A DNA stretch of 64,000 nt from Candidatus Aminicenantales bacterium (GCA_049515535.1 JBEKTZ010000004.1:201462-265461); one strand, 5' to 3'. Shown: positions 1 to 9,981, counted from the stretch's first letter. Notes: generated by a model from the sequence alone, not told the origin. Numbers and translations: made by a program.

Positions 1-1726
1 TAAAAGATTTATGGGCCGCCGTTACCAGGAGGTTCCGGGCGAAATCAAACAGGTTCCCTTCAAGGTCACGGAAGCGTCGAACGGTGATGTCCGGGTCGAA
101 GCGCTTAACAAGAAATACTCTCCGCCGGAAATTTCAGCTTTGATCCTTCAAAAACTGAAAAAGGCGGCAGAGGATTATTTGGGGGAGAAAATTGAGAAGG
201 CCGTCATTACCGTCCCCGCGTATTTCAACGACAGCCAAAGGAAAGCGACAAAAGACGCCGGCACGATCGCCGGCTTGGAAGTTGTCCGCATCATCAACGA
301 ACCCACTGCGGCCGCATTGGCCTACGGGATGGACAAAAAGAAGGACGAGACGATTGCCGTCTACGATTTTGGCGGCGGGACATTCGATATTTCCATCCTC
401 GAAGTCGGAGAAGGCATCGTCGAGGTAAAGTCCACGAACGGAGACACCCACCTGGGTGGGGACGATATCGACCAGCGCGTTCAGGACTGGATCGTTGCTG
501 AATTCAAGAAAGACGCGGGCATCGACTTGACCAAGGACAAGATGGCCATTCAAAGACTCAAAGAGGCGGCGGAAAAGGCCAAGATCGAACTCTCGACGAC
601 CATGGAGAGTGAGATCAATCTGCCGTTCATCACGGCCGACGCTTCGGGGCCGAAACACCTCTTGATGAAAATGACCCGGGCTAAACTTGAGCAGCTCGTG
701 GAAGATATCATCCAGAAATCCGTAGCTCCCGTCAAACAGGCCTTGACCGACGCCAACCTCAAATCGTCCGATATCGACGAGGTCGTTCTCGTCGGCGGTC
801 AGACCCGCATGCCGAGGATCCAGCAGCTCGTTCACGATCTTTTCAGCAGAGAGCCCCATAAGGGCGTCAACCCGGACGAAGTCGTGGCTGTGGGCGCGGC
901 CATTCAAGGCGCCGTCCTATCGGGATCGGTTAAGGATGTCCTTCTTCTCGACGTCACGCCGCTGACATTGGGTATCGAAACCCTCGGCGGGGTCTTCACG
1001 AAAATGATCGTCCGCAATACGACGATTCCGACCAAGAAGACCGAGGTCTTTTCAACCGCGTCCGACAACCAGCCGAGCGTTGAAATCCATGTTCTTCAGG
1101 GCGAACGGGAAATGGCCTCCGCCAACCGGACACTGGGACGGTTTCACCTCGACGGCATCCCGCCCGCGCCCCGCGGCGTGCCCAAAATCGAGGTGATGTT
1201 CGACATCGACGCGAACGGCATCCTTCATGTCCAGGCCAAAGACATGGGGACCGGCAAGCAACAGGCCATCACGATCACCGGCCACAGCGGTCTGGACGAA
1301 AAAGAAATCGATCGGATGGTGAAAGACGCGGAAGTTCATTCCTCCGAAGACAAGAAACGCCGGGAAATGATCGATGCCAAAAACCAGGCCGACCAGCTCG
1401 TCTATAGCCTCGAGAAGCTCCTCCGCGAGAACAAGGACAAGATTCCCGAAAGCGAGGCGGATCGAGTTCGGACCGAGATGGAAAACACCAAAAAAGCCAT
1501 CGAAAGCGAGAATGTCGATCGCATAAAGGAGGCCATGGAGAACTTGAACCGGGCTTCCCATAAGCTGACCGAGATGATGTATCAGCAGGCATCCCAGCAG
1601 CAAGCGCAGCCTGGAGGCGCCGACCAGCCCCACGCTTCTTCAAATTCGGACAAGGGCCAGGGCTCGGGCGGCGATGAAGGCGAAGTCATCGATGCCGAAG
1701 TCGTGGACGATGACAAAAAAAATTAA
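1..1726 (+). CDS. dnaK: Molecular chaperone DnaK (Hsp70), 5'-truncated by window edge (frame begins at nt 2)
   Basis: Translation has the Hsp70 hallmarks: [33 protein letters not shown] and [12 protein letters not shown]. The substrate-binding beta domain is followed by a full helical lid and an acidic C-terminus (EVVDDDKKN). The reading frame is open to nt 2, so the N-terminal ~70 aa lie upstream of the window. Confidence 0.95.
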   Translation, partial: KRFMGRRYQEVPGEIKQVPFKVTEASNGDVRVEALNKKYSPPEISALILQKLKKAAEDYLGEKIEKAVITVPAYFNDSQRKATKDAGTIAGLEVVRIINEPTAAALAYGMDKKKDETIAVYDFGGGTFDISILEVGEGIVEVKSTNGDTHLGGDDIDQRVQDWIVAEFKKDAGIDLTKDKMAIQRLKEAAEKAKIELSTTMESEINLPFITADASGPKHLLMKMTRAKLEQLVEDIIQKSVAPVKQALTDANLKSSDIDEVVLVGGQTRMPRIQQLVHDLFSREPHKGVNPDEVVAVGAAIQGAVLSGSVKDVLLLDVTPLTLGIETLGGVFTKMIVRNTTIPTKKTEVFSTASDNQPSVEIHVLQGEREMASANRTLGRFHLDGIPPAPRGVPKIEVMFDIDANGILHVQAKDMGTGKQQAITITGHSGLDEKEIDRMVKDAEVHSSEDKKRREMIDAKNQADQLVYSLEKLLRENKDKIPESEADRVRTEMENTKKAIESENVDRIKEAMENLNRASHKLTEMMYQQASQQQAQPGGADQPHASSNSDKGQGSGGDEGEVIDAEVVDDDKKN

Positions 1727-1778
1727 GGCTACAAGAACCGCGCGTTCTTGGATATGATAAGGGCCGGGAGGGCCGGCG

Positions 1779-2900
1779 ATGAATATGGATTACTATCAGG
1801 TCCTGGGCGTTGGACGAAAAGCCTCGGTCGCCGAGATCAAGAAGGCTTATCGCAAGTTGGCCCGCAAATACCACCCCGATCTCAATCCCCATGATAAATC
1901 CTCCGAAGCCAAGTTCAAAGAGATTCAGGAAGCCTATTCCGTCCTTAGCGATCCAAAAAAGAAAACACAGTATGACCAGGTCGGGTTCGTCGGGGATCGG
2001 CCTCCCGGCGGCGGCCCGCAGGGACCGGCATCATCCGGGTTTGAAGGCTTCAATTTTTCGGATTTCGGAACGTCGTCCTTCCATGATTTTTTCGAGAGTA
2101 TTTTCAGCGGAGCGCCGGCCGGGCGAACGGCCGGGACGGCACAGAATCACCCCGAACGGGGAGAAGACCTCATTTATACGATGAACATCGGCTTTGAGGA
2201 CGCGATACGAGGTCTTCAGACGAAAATCAAATTGACCAGGATGGTGAATTGCGCGGGATGCGAAGGATCGGGCGCGTCACGCGGCGGCGGGGCTTCAACA
2301 TGTCCAACCTGCGGCGGCAGCGGCCGGACGAACATGCAGCGCGGGTTCATGAAGTTCTCCTCGGCCTGCCCGGCCTGCGGCGGAAGCGGAACCAAGCGCG
2401 GTAAAAGCTGTCCGGACTGCCGGGGCCAGGGCCTGGTCGAGCGGACGGATCTCATCAGCGTCAGGATTCCAGCCGGCGTAGACACCGGTTCCAAGGTCCG
2501 TATTCCGGAAAAAGGGAACGCCGGGCCGAACGGGGGTGGGGCCGGCGATCTTTATATCACAATCAAGGTGACGCCGCACCCGCTTTTTCGGAGAGAAGGC
2601 ACGAGTCTTTATGTCAAAGTGCCCATCACCGTTCCCGAAGCGACGCTGGGGGGCAAGATCGAGGTCCCCACGCTCGACGGCAGAACCGTGATCAAGATTC
2701 CGCCGGGAACGAAATCGGGCCAAAAGTTCCGGATCCGGGAGCGCGGCGCTCCGCTTCCCGGCGGGCGGGTGCGCGGTGATGAGTTCGTCGAGGTGACCAT
2801 CGTGCCTCCGGCATTCGGCGATGAGCGCGTCCGCGAGTTGATGAAGGAACTGGAAAAGATCGGCGGCGCGAACCCGAGAACCGACCTGGGAGCGAACTGA
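1779..2900 (+). CDS. dnaJ: Co-chaperone DnaJ (J domain, G/F region, CxxCxGxG zinc-finger repeats, C-terminal substrate-binding domain)
   Basis: YYQVLGV...[17 protein letters not shown] identifies the J domain with its HPD motif. Four CxxCxGxG repeats are present ([32 protein letters not shown]). It lies 52 nt downstream of dnaK. Confidence 0.93.
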   Translation: MNMDYYQVLGVGRKASVAEIKKAYRKLARKYHPDLNPHDKSSEAKFKEIQEAYSVLSDPKKKTQYDQVGFVGDRPPGGGPQGPASSGFEGFNFSDFGTSSFHDFFESIFSGAPAGRTAGTAQNHPERGEDLIYTMNIGFEDAIRGLQTKIKLTRMVNCAGCEGSGASRGGGASTCPTCGGSGRTNMQRGFMKFSSACPACGGSGTKRGKSCPDCRGQGLVERTDLISVRIPAGVDTGSKVRIPEKGNAGPNGGGAGDLYITIKVTPHPLFRREGTSLYVKVPITVPEATLGGKIEVPTLDGRTVIKIPPGTKSGQKFRIRERGAPLPGGRVRGDEFVEVTIVPPAFGDERVRELMKELEKIGGANPRTDLGAN

Positions 2901-2901
2901 G

Positions 2902-3306
2902 ATGAAAAGGAAATCGAAACCAAAGGAAAGCCGGGCGACCTACCATATCAGCAGCGTTTCCCAGCGCTATGATATCCATCCCCAAACGCTGCGTCTCTAC
3001 GAACGGGAAGGTCTCCTTCGGCCGTCGCGCAGCGAGGGCAACACCCGTCTTTATACGGATGAGGATCTCAAGCAATTGGAACTGATCCTGACGCTTGTGA
3101 GGGATCTGGGCGTAAATCTGGCCGGTGTCGAGGTCGTTCTTCATATGCGGACGAAAATCGAACAGATCGAGGCCGGAGTCAATGAGATGCTGGAATTTCT
3201 CAAAAAAGAATATTTCTCAGGCGGGGAAAACGAGTTCGAGAGGAGACAAACCGACCTGATGCCTCTCTCCCAGACTCGGATCATGAAGATCGAAAGGAAA
3301 GATTGA
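2902..3306 (+). CDS. hspR: MerR-family heat-shock transcriptional repressor (HspR-like)
   Basis: N-terminal MerR helix-turn-helix (YHISSVSQRYDIHPQTLRLYEREGLLRPSRSEGNTRLYTDEDL). The gene sits immediately after dnaK-dnaJ with a 1-nt gap, as in canonical dnaK-dnaJ-hspR operons. Confidence 0.75.
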   Translation: MKRKSKPKESRATYHISSVSQRYDIHPQTLRLYEREGLLRPSRSEGNTRLYTDEDLKQLELILTLVRDLGVNLAGVEVVLHMRTKIEQIEAGVNEMLEFLKKEYFSGGENEFERRQTDLMPLSQTRIMKIERKD

Positions 3307-3321
3307 GGGGCGTCGTCGAAT

Positions 3322-3338
3322 CCGCCCCCCAGGGGCGG
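3322..3338 (+). terminator. GC-rich hairpin (CCGCCCC-CCA-GGGGCGG) just after the hspR stop; no T-run follows
   Basis: 7-bp perfect GC stem with a 3-nt loop, read directly from the sequence. It could be an operon-end hairpin. The missing U-tract makes intrinsic-terminator function uncertain. Confidence 0.3.
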
Positions 3339-3371
3339 GTAAGGGCGGCGGCCGCCAGGCTTTTGAACTGA

Positions 3372-3596
3372 AGCATCAAACGCCAGATCCGGGATATTCA
3401 CGAGGCATTGGATGAAAAGGAAGTTTTTGTGTTAAAATGGCGGTTCGGATTGGATGACGATCAGCCCCTGACGCTCCGGGAGATCGGCGACAAGCTCCAC
3501 CTGACCAGGGAAGGCATCCGCCAGATCGAGCGGAAAGCGATGTACAAGCTGTCCCGGTCGAGAAAGCTTAGTCCATGGCGAGGAAATTTGAACTGA
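3372..3596 (+). CDS. Orphan ORF encoding only a sigma-70 region 4 (region 4.2 HTH) segment; possible sigma-factor remnant or small stand-alone region-4 protein
   Basis: The open frame SIKRQIRDIHEALDEKEVFVLKWRFGLDDDQPLTLREIGDKLHLTREGIRQIERKAMYKLSRS aligns to the RpoD C-terminus (VLxxRFGL...TLEEIGxxFxVTRERIRQIEAKALRKL). An in-frame stop lies at 3369-3371 and hspR ends at 3306. No sigma regions 1-3 can therefore be encoded upstream. The listed ORF uses a TTG start at 3408. Confidence 0.35.
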   Translation, partial: SIKRQIRDIHEALDEKEVFVLKWRFGLDDDQPLTLREIGDKLHLTREGIRQIERKAMYKLSRSRKLSPWRGNLN

Positions 3597-4357
3597 TGGC
3601 CGAGATAATTTGCTCCGCTTGCCAGGATACCGGCTGGGTCCTCGATGACGCGCAGGGCCACTCTCTGGCCAGACGATGTTCCTGCTTCATCGCCAAACAA
3701 GGCCGGATCCTGATTGCGAAGGCGAACATCCCAAAGCGCTATGAACGTTGCACGTTCGCCAATTTCGAGATCCACGATGAGACGCAGAGGGACGCCCTCA
3801 AAATATCCAAGAAAATGATCGAAAATTATCCCGTTCAGGAAATCGGGCTTCTTTTCATTGGTCCGCCGGGCGTCGGGAAAACGCATTTGGCCGTGGCCAT
3901 CCTGAATGAACTGATGAGCCGGAAAAACGCGGGCTGCGTGTTTTACGATTTCCGCGATCTCATCCGGGACATCCAAAGCACGTTCACCCCGGATTCGGTC
4001 CTCTCGGAATCCGATATCCTGGCGCCCGTATTCGAGAGCCAAGTGCTCGTCCTGGACGAATTAGGCGCGAAGAGGTCGTCGAGCTGGGTCGAAGAAACGA
4101 TATTTTATATCATCAACCACCGTTACAATCAAAAGAAAATGACGATCTTCACGTCGAATTTTCTCGATACGAGCGATGAAGAAGATCCGCGGCAGACGAT
4201 GTTCAAGAAGACCGATATCAACAAAAAGGGAGACGACTCGCTCGTCGACCGGATCGGCTACAGATTGAGATCCCGGCTTTATGAAATGTGCAAAGTCGTG
4301 GAAATTTCCGGAAAAGATTACCGCAAGATCGCCAAACAGGCCAGCTATCGGTTCTGA
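3575..4357 (+). CDS. DnaC/DnaI/IstB-like AAA+ ATPase (putative helicase loader) with N-terminal Cys cluster
   Basis: Walker A (GPPGVGKTHLAVAI) and Walker B (VLVLDELG) motifs are present, with the layout of DnaC-family loaders. An N-terminal CSACQDTGW...CSC cysteine cluster precedes them. The start overlaps the tail of the sigma-fragment ORF. Confidence 0.6.
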   Translation: MARKFELMAEIICSACQDTGWVLDDAQGHSLARRCSCFIAKQGRILIAKANIPKRYERCTFANFEIHDETQRDALKISKKMIENYPVQEIGLLFIGPPGVGKTHLAVAILNELMSRKNAGCVFYDFRDLIRDIQSTFTPDSVLSESDILAPVFESQVLVLDELGAKRSSSWVEETIFYIINHRYNQKKMTIFTSNFLDTSDEEDPRQTMFKKTDINKKGDDSLVDRIGYRLRSRLYEMCKVVEISGKDYRKIAKQASYRF

Positions 4358-6120
4358 TGCAACCGGGCGGCCAACTTTTCGCAGTTTTGCCGGATTTCAT
4401 AGGGGACGCGGCGGCCGAATGTGTCCAAGAAGGCCTTGATGTCCTTGATCTCATCTCGCCATTCCGCGGGATTGACCTCGAATAGTTTTTCCATGTCCCT
4501 GTGGGAGGTCTTCAATCCGTCCATCGCGAAGTCATTGATGTTCGGCACGAGCCCGATGGGCGTTTCCTTCGCTCCGACCCGGCCGTTCACCCGGTCGACG
4601 ATCCATTTGAGAACGCGCGCGTTGTCGCCGAAGCCCGGCCATAGGAATTTGCCGTTCTCGTCCACGCGGAACCAATTGACCGAGTAGATCTTTGGAGGCT
4701 TGGTGATGAAACCGCCCATGTTGATCCAGTGGCGGAAATAGTCGCCCATGTTATAGCCGCAGAAGGGAAGCATGGCGAAGGGGTCGCGGCGAAGCACGCC
4801 GACCTGGCCGGCCGCCGCGGCCGTCGTTTCCGATCCGGTCCTCGCGCCCATAAAAACGCCGTGAGCCCAATCGAAAGCTTCGGTCACGAGCGGAATCACG
4901 CGCGAGCGGCGGCCACCCAGCAGAATCGCCGAAATCGGAACGCCCTGCGGGTTGTCGAATTGCGGGGAGAGCGTCGGGCAGTTGTAAAGCGAAACCGTGA
5001 AGCGCGAATTGGGGTGGGCGGCTTTAGTCCCCTTGGCCGGATCCCAGGGCTTTCCCTGCCAGTCCAGCATGTTTTTCGGCGGGCCTTCCAGCCCTTCCCA
5101 CCACGGTTCGTTCGTATCGACGTCGAGGCCGACGTTGGTGAAAAGCGTCGGATAAAAATTCGAAGCTTTGAGAGTCCGCATCATATTGGGGTTCGTTTTC
5201 ATCGAGGTCCCCGGCGCGACGCCGAAGAATCCCGCCTCTGGGTTGATGGCCCACAGCCGGCCGTCCGGGCCGATGTTCATCCAAGCGATGTCGTCGCCGA
5301 TCGTCGTGATCTTATATTCGGGCAAAGCGGATTCCATCATCGCCAGATTCGTTTTCCCGCAGGCCGAAGGCATGGCCGCCGTCACGTAGGTCACGCTGCC
5401 TTTCATGTCCTCGATGCCGATGATGACCATGTGTTCGGCGAGCCACATCTGCCTCAGCCCGAGATACGAGGCGATGCGGAGCGAAAAGCATTTTTTCCCG
5501 AGCAGGGCGTTGCCGCCGTAGCCGGAGCCGATGCTCCAGACCAGGCTGTCCTGAGGGAAGTGCATGATGAAACGCCGGTTCGGATCGAAATCTCCGACCG
5601 AATGGATGCCCTTGACGAAATTTTCGGAATTGCCGATCTTTCTGATCGTATGCGGGCCCATCCGGGTCATGATCCTCATGCTGACGGCGACATAGGAGAT
5701 GTCGGTGATCTGGATGCAGGGCCTAGCGTAAGGCGAATCGGGATGGCCCATCATGTAGGGCAGGACATACATCGTCCGGCCCCGCATGGCGCCTTGGGAC
5801 AGCCCGATCAACTTTTTCTTGGCCTCGGCCGGGTCCATCCAATTGTTGTTCGGTCCCGACTGATCTTTTTCAGGATGGCAGACGAAGGTCAAGTGCTCGG
5901 TCCGCGCTACGTCCGTGGGATGGCTGCGATGGAGATAAGCCTTAGGCCACGTTCTGTGATTGAGTTCGCTGAAGATGGGGTTAGCGCCGATTTTCTCTTC
6001 GCGCATCCCTTTGTCGATGAGCCGGCGGGCCTCGCCCTCCGATCCATCGCACCAATAGATCTCTTTCGGTTGGAAAAGTCGGGCTTGTTCTTCGACCCAT
6101 CGTTCAAGCGGTGTGGCCAT
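4345..6120 (-). CDS. pckG: Phosphoenolpyruvate carboxykinase (GTP)
   Basis: MATPLERWVEEQARLFQPKEIYWCDGSEGE is the typical N-terminus of GTP-PEPCK. The P-loop region AMPSACGKTNLAMM is present. The listed ORF extends 42 codons further upstream, which I treat as non-coding leader. Confidence 0.88.
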   Translation of the reverse strand: MATPLERWVEEQARLFQPKEIYWCDGSEGEARRLIDKGMREEKIGANPIFSELNHRTWPKAYLHRSHPTDVARTEHLTFVCHPEKDQSGPNNNWMDPAEAKKKLIGLSQGAMRGRTMYVLPYMMGHPDSPYARPCIQITDISYVAVSMRIMTRMGPHTIRKIGNSENFVKGIHSVGDFDPNRRFIMHFPQDSLVWSIGSGYGGNALLGKKCFSLRIASYLGLRQMWLAEHMVIIGIEDMKGSVTYVTAAMPSACGKTNLAMMESALPEYKITTIGDDIAWMNIGPDGRLWAINPEAGFFGVAPGTSMKTNPNMMRTLKASNFYPTLFTNVGLDVDTNEPWWEGLEGPPKNMLDWQGKPWDPAKGTKAAHPNSRFTVSLYNCPTLSPQFDNPQGVPISAILLGGRRSRVIPLVTEAFDWAHGVFMGARTGSETTAAAAGQVGVLRRDPFAMLPFCGYNMGDYFRHWINMGGFITKPPKIYSVNWFRVDENGKFLWPGFGDNARVLKWIVDRVNGRVGAKETPIGLVPNINDFAMDGLKTSHRDMEKLFEVNPAEWRDEIKDIKAFLDTFGRRVPYEIRQNCEKLAARLHQNR

Positions 6121-6298
6121 GGCGCTTCCTTTCTCGATAGAAACCAAAAAATAACACAGGCGAAGGGATCTTGTCAAAATCCTCGGCCGGAAAAATCGGC
6201 TCGGCGGCACCGGCCGCGTCCGAATCGACGCGGACAGTTCCGTCATTCGATTTTAAATTGAATTTTGAATCCGTTTATGCTAATTTAGCCGGGACTGC

Positions 6299-6374
6299 TC
6301 CCCGGTAGCTCAATAGGCAGAGCGGTTGGCTGTTAACCAATAGGTTGGAGGTTCGAGTCCTTCCCGGGGAGCCA
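6299..6374 (+). tRNA. tRNA-Asn (anticodon GTT)
   Basis: Cloverleaf read by hand. Acceptor stem TCCCCGG/CCGGGGA, D stem GCTC/GAGC, anticodon stem GTTGG/CCAAT, loop CTGTTAA, T stem GGAGG/CCTTC with TTCGAGT loop. CCA is encoded and a T-run follows. Confidence 0.85.
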
Positions 6375-6399
6375 TTTTTTTTCGTGCCGCCCGTCATCC

Positions 6400-7137
6400 C
6401 TATTTCATGTTCCGGACGCGGACGTCGATCCCCTTTTGGTCTTTCAGGAGTTCGACCAACCTGGAAACGTCCGTATCGCCATAATGATAGGGATACAGGA
6501 CTTTAGGCTGGATGACCCTTGCGGCTTCAGCCGTCATCTCGGGCGACATCGTATAGGGGAGATTCATCGGCAGAAAAGCGATGTCGATCGTTCCGAGACG
6601 TTTCATTTCCGGGATGTTCTCCGTGTCGCCCGCGACATAGACGCGCTTATCGGCGAACGTGAGGACATATCCGTTGCCGTCTCCTTTGGGATGGAACGGG
6701 TTTCCCGGGCTGCGGACGCCGACGATATTATAGGCCGGAACGGCTTCGATCTTGATCCCCTGACAGGTCCGGCTGTCGCCGTTTTTCATGATGACGGCGT
6801 TCGGGAGCTTTTCCGCGCATTTTTGGGTGGCGAGAACTTCGGTCGTGGGTTTTGTCAGCTTTCCGATAAGGGCCGGATCCAGGTGATCCCCATGCTCGTG
6901 AGTGACCAGGATGATGTCCGCCTTGGCCAGCGGGCCGTAATCCCCGTAACGGCTTACCGGATCGATGTGAAGGATCTTGCCGTTGAACGAGATCATCAGC
7001 GAACCGTGTCCGATGAAGGTCATTTTCAGGTCGCCCTGAGTTGTTTTGAAGAGATCTTCTTCAAAGGCCGAAAGCTTCGTAGCCAGCAACAAAATCCCCA
7101 TCATCAGGGCTCCCGGTAATAAAGACCATTTAAACAT
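6400..7137 (-). CDS. Secreted MBL-fold metallo-hydrolase
   Basis: THEHGDH (HxHxDH) metal-binding motif. N-terminal signal peptide MFKWSLLPGALMMGILLLATKLSA. Start trimmed to the Met preceding the signal peptide. Confidence 0.75.
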   Translation of the reverse strand: MFKWSLLPGALMMGILLLATKLSAFEEDLFKTTQGDLKMTFIGHGSLMISFNGKILHIDPVSRYGDYGPLAKADIILVTHEHGDHLDPALIGKLTKPTTEVLATQKCAEKLPNAVIMKNGDSRTCQGIKIEAVPAYNIVGVRSPGNPFHPKGDGNGYVLTFADKRVYVAGDTENIPEMKRLGTIDIAFLPMNLPYTMSPEMTAEAARVIQPKVLYPYHYGDTDVSRLVELLKDQKGIDVRVRNMK

Positions 7138-7365
7138 GAAAACCTCCTTGGGCGCCGGGGACTTTTTTATGCGATGTCCGGCGACCGCCATGCCCTTCGC
7201 CCTTCTTCCGGCGGGGGAGAGGGTGATTTTATGACATCGTCATGATCTTACGGGAATGAAACCCATGGACCTTGGCCTGGGCGCGATCATGTTGATAAGC
7301 ATATTATAGCGAAGAAGCGTTCTCTTGACAAACCGGATTCCTCTTGTATCCGCATCGACAGCGAG

Positions 7366-8148
7366 CTATTTCGAAGAAAGGGCAGCGGATGTGTTCGGAG
7401 GGTCCGCTATCACCGCCGTTGGGGCCGGGTTAAAGGGATTGATCCGGGCGGCCAGCGAAAACAAGAATGGATAGCTTTCCTTGAGGTGCATGGCATAGGC
7501 GAGCCATTCGCTCGCGATCTTGGAATAAGCCCGCTGGACGTCGCCCGCCAAGTGGAGGTAATCCGCCTCGGGCAGGCCTTCAAGGTTTCCCTCGCGCATT
7601 TCGAGCTCATCCATGATATGGAAAACGGCCCACAGAAGATCGGTGAATTGGTCGTGTTCGAGGAGGTTTGGATTTTCGAGCAGCCGGAGGAGGAAGGTAC
7701 GGTGACCGCAGAAAAGCTCCCTGAGGTCGCGGAGAGTGGACGGCGCGACATGGACCTTGTAAGAAAAGCTTTTCGCCGCTTCTCCGGCTTTCGAAAAGTC
7801 CTTTTTCTGCCATGAGCCGCCGAAGACGAGCAAGGGCGCCAGTTGAGCCGAATTCTCCACGAACACCGGAAAGCTTTTCAGGATTTTCAGCCCCACTTCA
7901 TTAAAAAACGTCCCGATGACCATATTCATCTTCTTCATGAGAGTCTGTTTTTCGCGGCGGGATAGGACTTCCTCGACGATGATGATGACCACGAGAATAT
8001 AAATGAAAAGGAACGCAACGTTGTCGAACAGACCGGCCAACAATTTCGCCGGGTTGCCAAAAATGAAATAGTCCAAAGCGTAGACGACGAGGGAAGCTCC
8101 GATCAAGACCACTGACATGGCCACGCGCCAACGGCCGGCATTTTTCAT
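7366..8148 (-). CDS. Hypothetical membrane protein (2 N-terminal TM helices plus soluble domain)
   Basis: Long ORF with hydrophobic N-terminal segments. No motif I can assign to a known family. Confidence 0.5.
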   Translation of the reverse strand: MKNAGRWRVAMSVVLIGASLVVYALDYFIFGNPAKLLAGLFDNVAFLFIYILVVIIIVEEVLSRREKQTLMKKMNMVIGTFFNEVGLKILKSFPVFVENSAQLAPLLVFGGSWQKKDFSKAGEAAKSFSYKVHVAPSTLRDLRELFCGHRTFLLRLLENPNLLEHDQFTDLLWAVFHIMDELEMREGNLEGLPEADYLHLAGDVQRAYSKIASEWLAYAMHLKESYPFLFSLAARINPFNPAPTAVIADPPNTSAALSSK

Positions 8149-8197
8149 CTTGTCCTACCTCCTTATCGGGAAACCGGACCTCGGCGCGGCCGGGGTA

Positions 8198-9328
8198 TCA
8201 ACGAGGGGATATCCGTCTCGGGCAATCGGGGAGCGATAGGCTTTCCATGGGCCCCCGGCCATCGGTGACCGCGCATTCCTCGGGCCGGCAGCATGTCTCG
8301 CAGGTCCGTTTGAAGCCTCGATAACCCGTGAGGTCGACATGCGGGGCAAAAAAGCCGGGTTTTACGGGCTCTTTTTTCATGAGATCGGTGCTGAGATATT
8401 TCTTGTTGTCATCGGAGAATATCGTCACGACGACGGCATCCTTGCCGAGCTCATTTTGGACCATGAGGGCCCCCAGGAAGTTCGCGCCCGAGGATATGCC
8501 GACGGCGATCCCGAGCTCGGAAGCCAGTTTTTGGGCCATGATGATCGCATCGCCGTCGTCCACGGCGACGACCTTGTCGAGCCTGTCCAACTTGACGATA
8601 GGAGGGATGAACTCGTCGGAAATCCCCTGGATACGGTGTTTACCGACCTTGTGACCGGTGGACATTGTCGGCGAATTGGAGGGCTCTAAAGGATAGAGCT
8701 TGATTCGCGGATTCTTCTCGCGAAGGAAGCGCCCGGTGCCCATGATCGTCCCGCCCGTGCCCACGCCGGCGATAAAGGCGCCGGGCCTCAAGCCGTGGAA
8801 ATTGAGCTGCCACCAGATCTCAGGACCGGTGGTCAGATAGTGAGCTTCGACATTGTGCTCATTGGAGAACTGGCGAGGAAGAAACGAGCCGGGCGTGCGG
8901 GCTGCCAACTCTTCGGAAAGGCGGATGCTTCCGAGGAACCCGCCTTCCTCGGCGCTGACGAGATGGATCATCGCGCCCAGGCTCCGGATCAGGTTGATCC
9001 GCTCGAAACTCATCCAGTTGGGCATGAAGATGGTGATGGGATGTCCGAGGGCGCGGCCGATGGCCGAAAAGGCGATTCCCGTATTTCCGCTCGTCGCTTC
9101 TATGATCAGCCCTCCTGGAACAAGGGTTCCCGTCTCATAGGCTCTCTTGAGGATATGAAAGGCCATCCGGTCCTTGATGCTGCCAGTCATGTTCAAGTTT
9201 TCGGCCTTGGCGTAGATGATCCGTTTCTCGTCCCGGTAAGAAAATTCGATGGCCAGGAGGGGAGTGTTCCCGATCAGACTGGACAACTCGCGAATCCGGC
9301 GGTGTTGGTCTTCTGTGATGACGATCAT
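8198..9328 (-). CDS. cysK: Cysteine synthase / O-acetylserine sulfhydrylase-like PLP enzyme with ~55-aa Cys-rich C-terminal extension
   Basis: PLP-lysine region [21 protein letters not shown] and [10 protein letters not shown] are typical CysK/CysM motifs. The C-terminal tail [10 protein letters not shown]...DC is not part of canonical CysK. Start trimmed to MIVITEDQH. Confidence 0.8.
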   Translation of the reverse strand: MIVITEDQHRRIRELSSLIGNTPLLAIEFSYRDEKRIIYAKAENLNMTGSIKDRMAFHILKRAYETGTLVPGGLIIEATSGNTGIAFSAIGRALGHPITIFMPNWMSFERINLIRSLGAMIHLVSAEEGGFLGSIRLSEELAARTPGSFLPRQFSNEHNVEAHYLTTGPEIWWQLNFHGLRPGAFIAGVGTGGTIMGTGRFLREKNPRIKLYPLEPSNSPTMSTGHKVGKHRIQGISDEFIPPIVKLDRLDKVVAVDDGDAIIMAQKLASELGIAVGISSGANFLGALMVQNELGKDAVVVTIFSDDNKKYLSTDLMKKEPVKPGFFAPHVDLTGYRGFKRTCETCCRPEECAVTDGRGPMESLSLPDCPRRISPR

Positions 9329-9477
9329 ATGAAGCCTCCGATCCATGGGCAATCCGGAAAACGATAGTCTTCTATTTTTGAGTAGGAGGGGAGGGAAAGT
9401 CAAGCCATTAAAAATCGCGCCACTTGGGATATTTGACGCGATTTCCGTATTTCCATAAAATTGGACGGACGCGATCC

Positions 9478-9981
9478 ATGATCTATTACTTGAGCCTCGG
9501 AAGCAACCAGGGGATAGCTGAAAAGAATTTAGAAACGGCGCGGCTCGAGCTGAAAAGGACCGGGATCAAGATCCGACGGTGCTCATCGCTCTTTAAGACC
9601 GAACCTGTGGGTCTTATCGCTCAGCCGTGGTTTATCAATCAGGCCGTCGAGATCGCGACCGGCCTATCTCCTTGGGAATTATTGAAAGCCGTCAAAGGGA
9701 TCGAGGAAAGAATGGGCCGTCGGCCGTCCTTGCACAACGGGCCGCGGATCATCGATATCGACATCCTGCTGGCCGGGGATACCGTCGTCGATATGGCGGA
9801 ACTCGTCATTCCGCATCCGCGCTTGGCCAAACGGAATTTCGTCCTTGTCCCGCTCGCCGAGATCGCCGGCCGCGTCGTCCACCCTTTGTTGAAACGCTCG
9901 ATCGGCGATCTGATGGGCCGCTGCCGCGACCTTTCGAAGGTCGAAAGAGTCGGATCTAAAAAGCGTCCTCGATGTGCCTAA
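9478..9981 (+). CDS. folK: 2-amino-4-hydroxy-6-hydroxymethyldihydropteridine diphosphokinase (HPPK)
   Basis: [12 protein letters not shown]...[23 protein letters not shown]...[17 protein letters not shown] matches the HPPK signature. Confidence 0.85.
   Translation: MIYYLSLGSNQGIAEKNLETARLELKRTGIKIRRCSSLFKTEPVGLIAQPWFINQAVEIATGLSPWELLKAVKGIEERMGRRPSLHNGPRIIDIDILLAGDTVVDMAELVIPHPRLAKRNFVLVPLAEIAGRVVHPLLKRSIGDLMGRCRDLSKVERVGSKKRPRCA

Noticed and set aside
1727-1778. Short imperfect hairpin (CAAGAA-CCGCGCG-TTCTTG) between dnaK and dnaJ
   Set aside because: Stem of only 6 bp. Too weak to call as an attenuator or terminator with any confidence.
3575-4357. Possibility that the DnaC-like gene is the IstB helper of an IS21-family insertion sequence
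   Set aside because: No IstA transposase ORF or terminal inverted repeats are adjacent, so a mobile-element call is not supported.
4345-6246. Upstream-extended versions of several ORFs (pckG 43 extra codons; cysK 8198-9403; hrcA 15295-16440; rlmI 54003-55436; parB 40403-41449; glgA 55564-57081)
   Set aside because: The extensions overlap neighbouring genes or encode Arg/Pro-rich leaders. Conserved N-termini begin at internal Met codons, and the starts were trimmed accordingly.
4729-6261. 510-aa plus-strand ORF antisense to the PEP carboxykinase gene. Similar long antisense ORFs include 6436-7119, 8795-9367, 17125-18147, 20947-22074, 22163-23224, 23240-24493, 24800-26023, 31922-33067, 33612-34952, 36749-37564, 44882-45913, 48881-50248, 54141-55244, 57931-59157, 59861-60841 and 62333-63541.
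   Set aside because: All lie opposite well-supported conserved genes and have Arg/Pro/Gly-rich, low-complexity translations typical of stop-codon-poor antisense frames in high-GC DNA. No recognisable motifs.
6247-6399. Integrase or prophage junction at tRNA-Asn
   Set aside because: No integrase, direct-repeat duplication of the tRNA 3' end, or foreign-looking genes flank the tRNA. Neighbours are ordinary metabolic genes.
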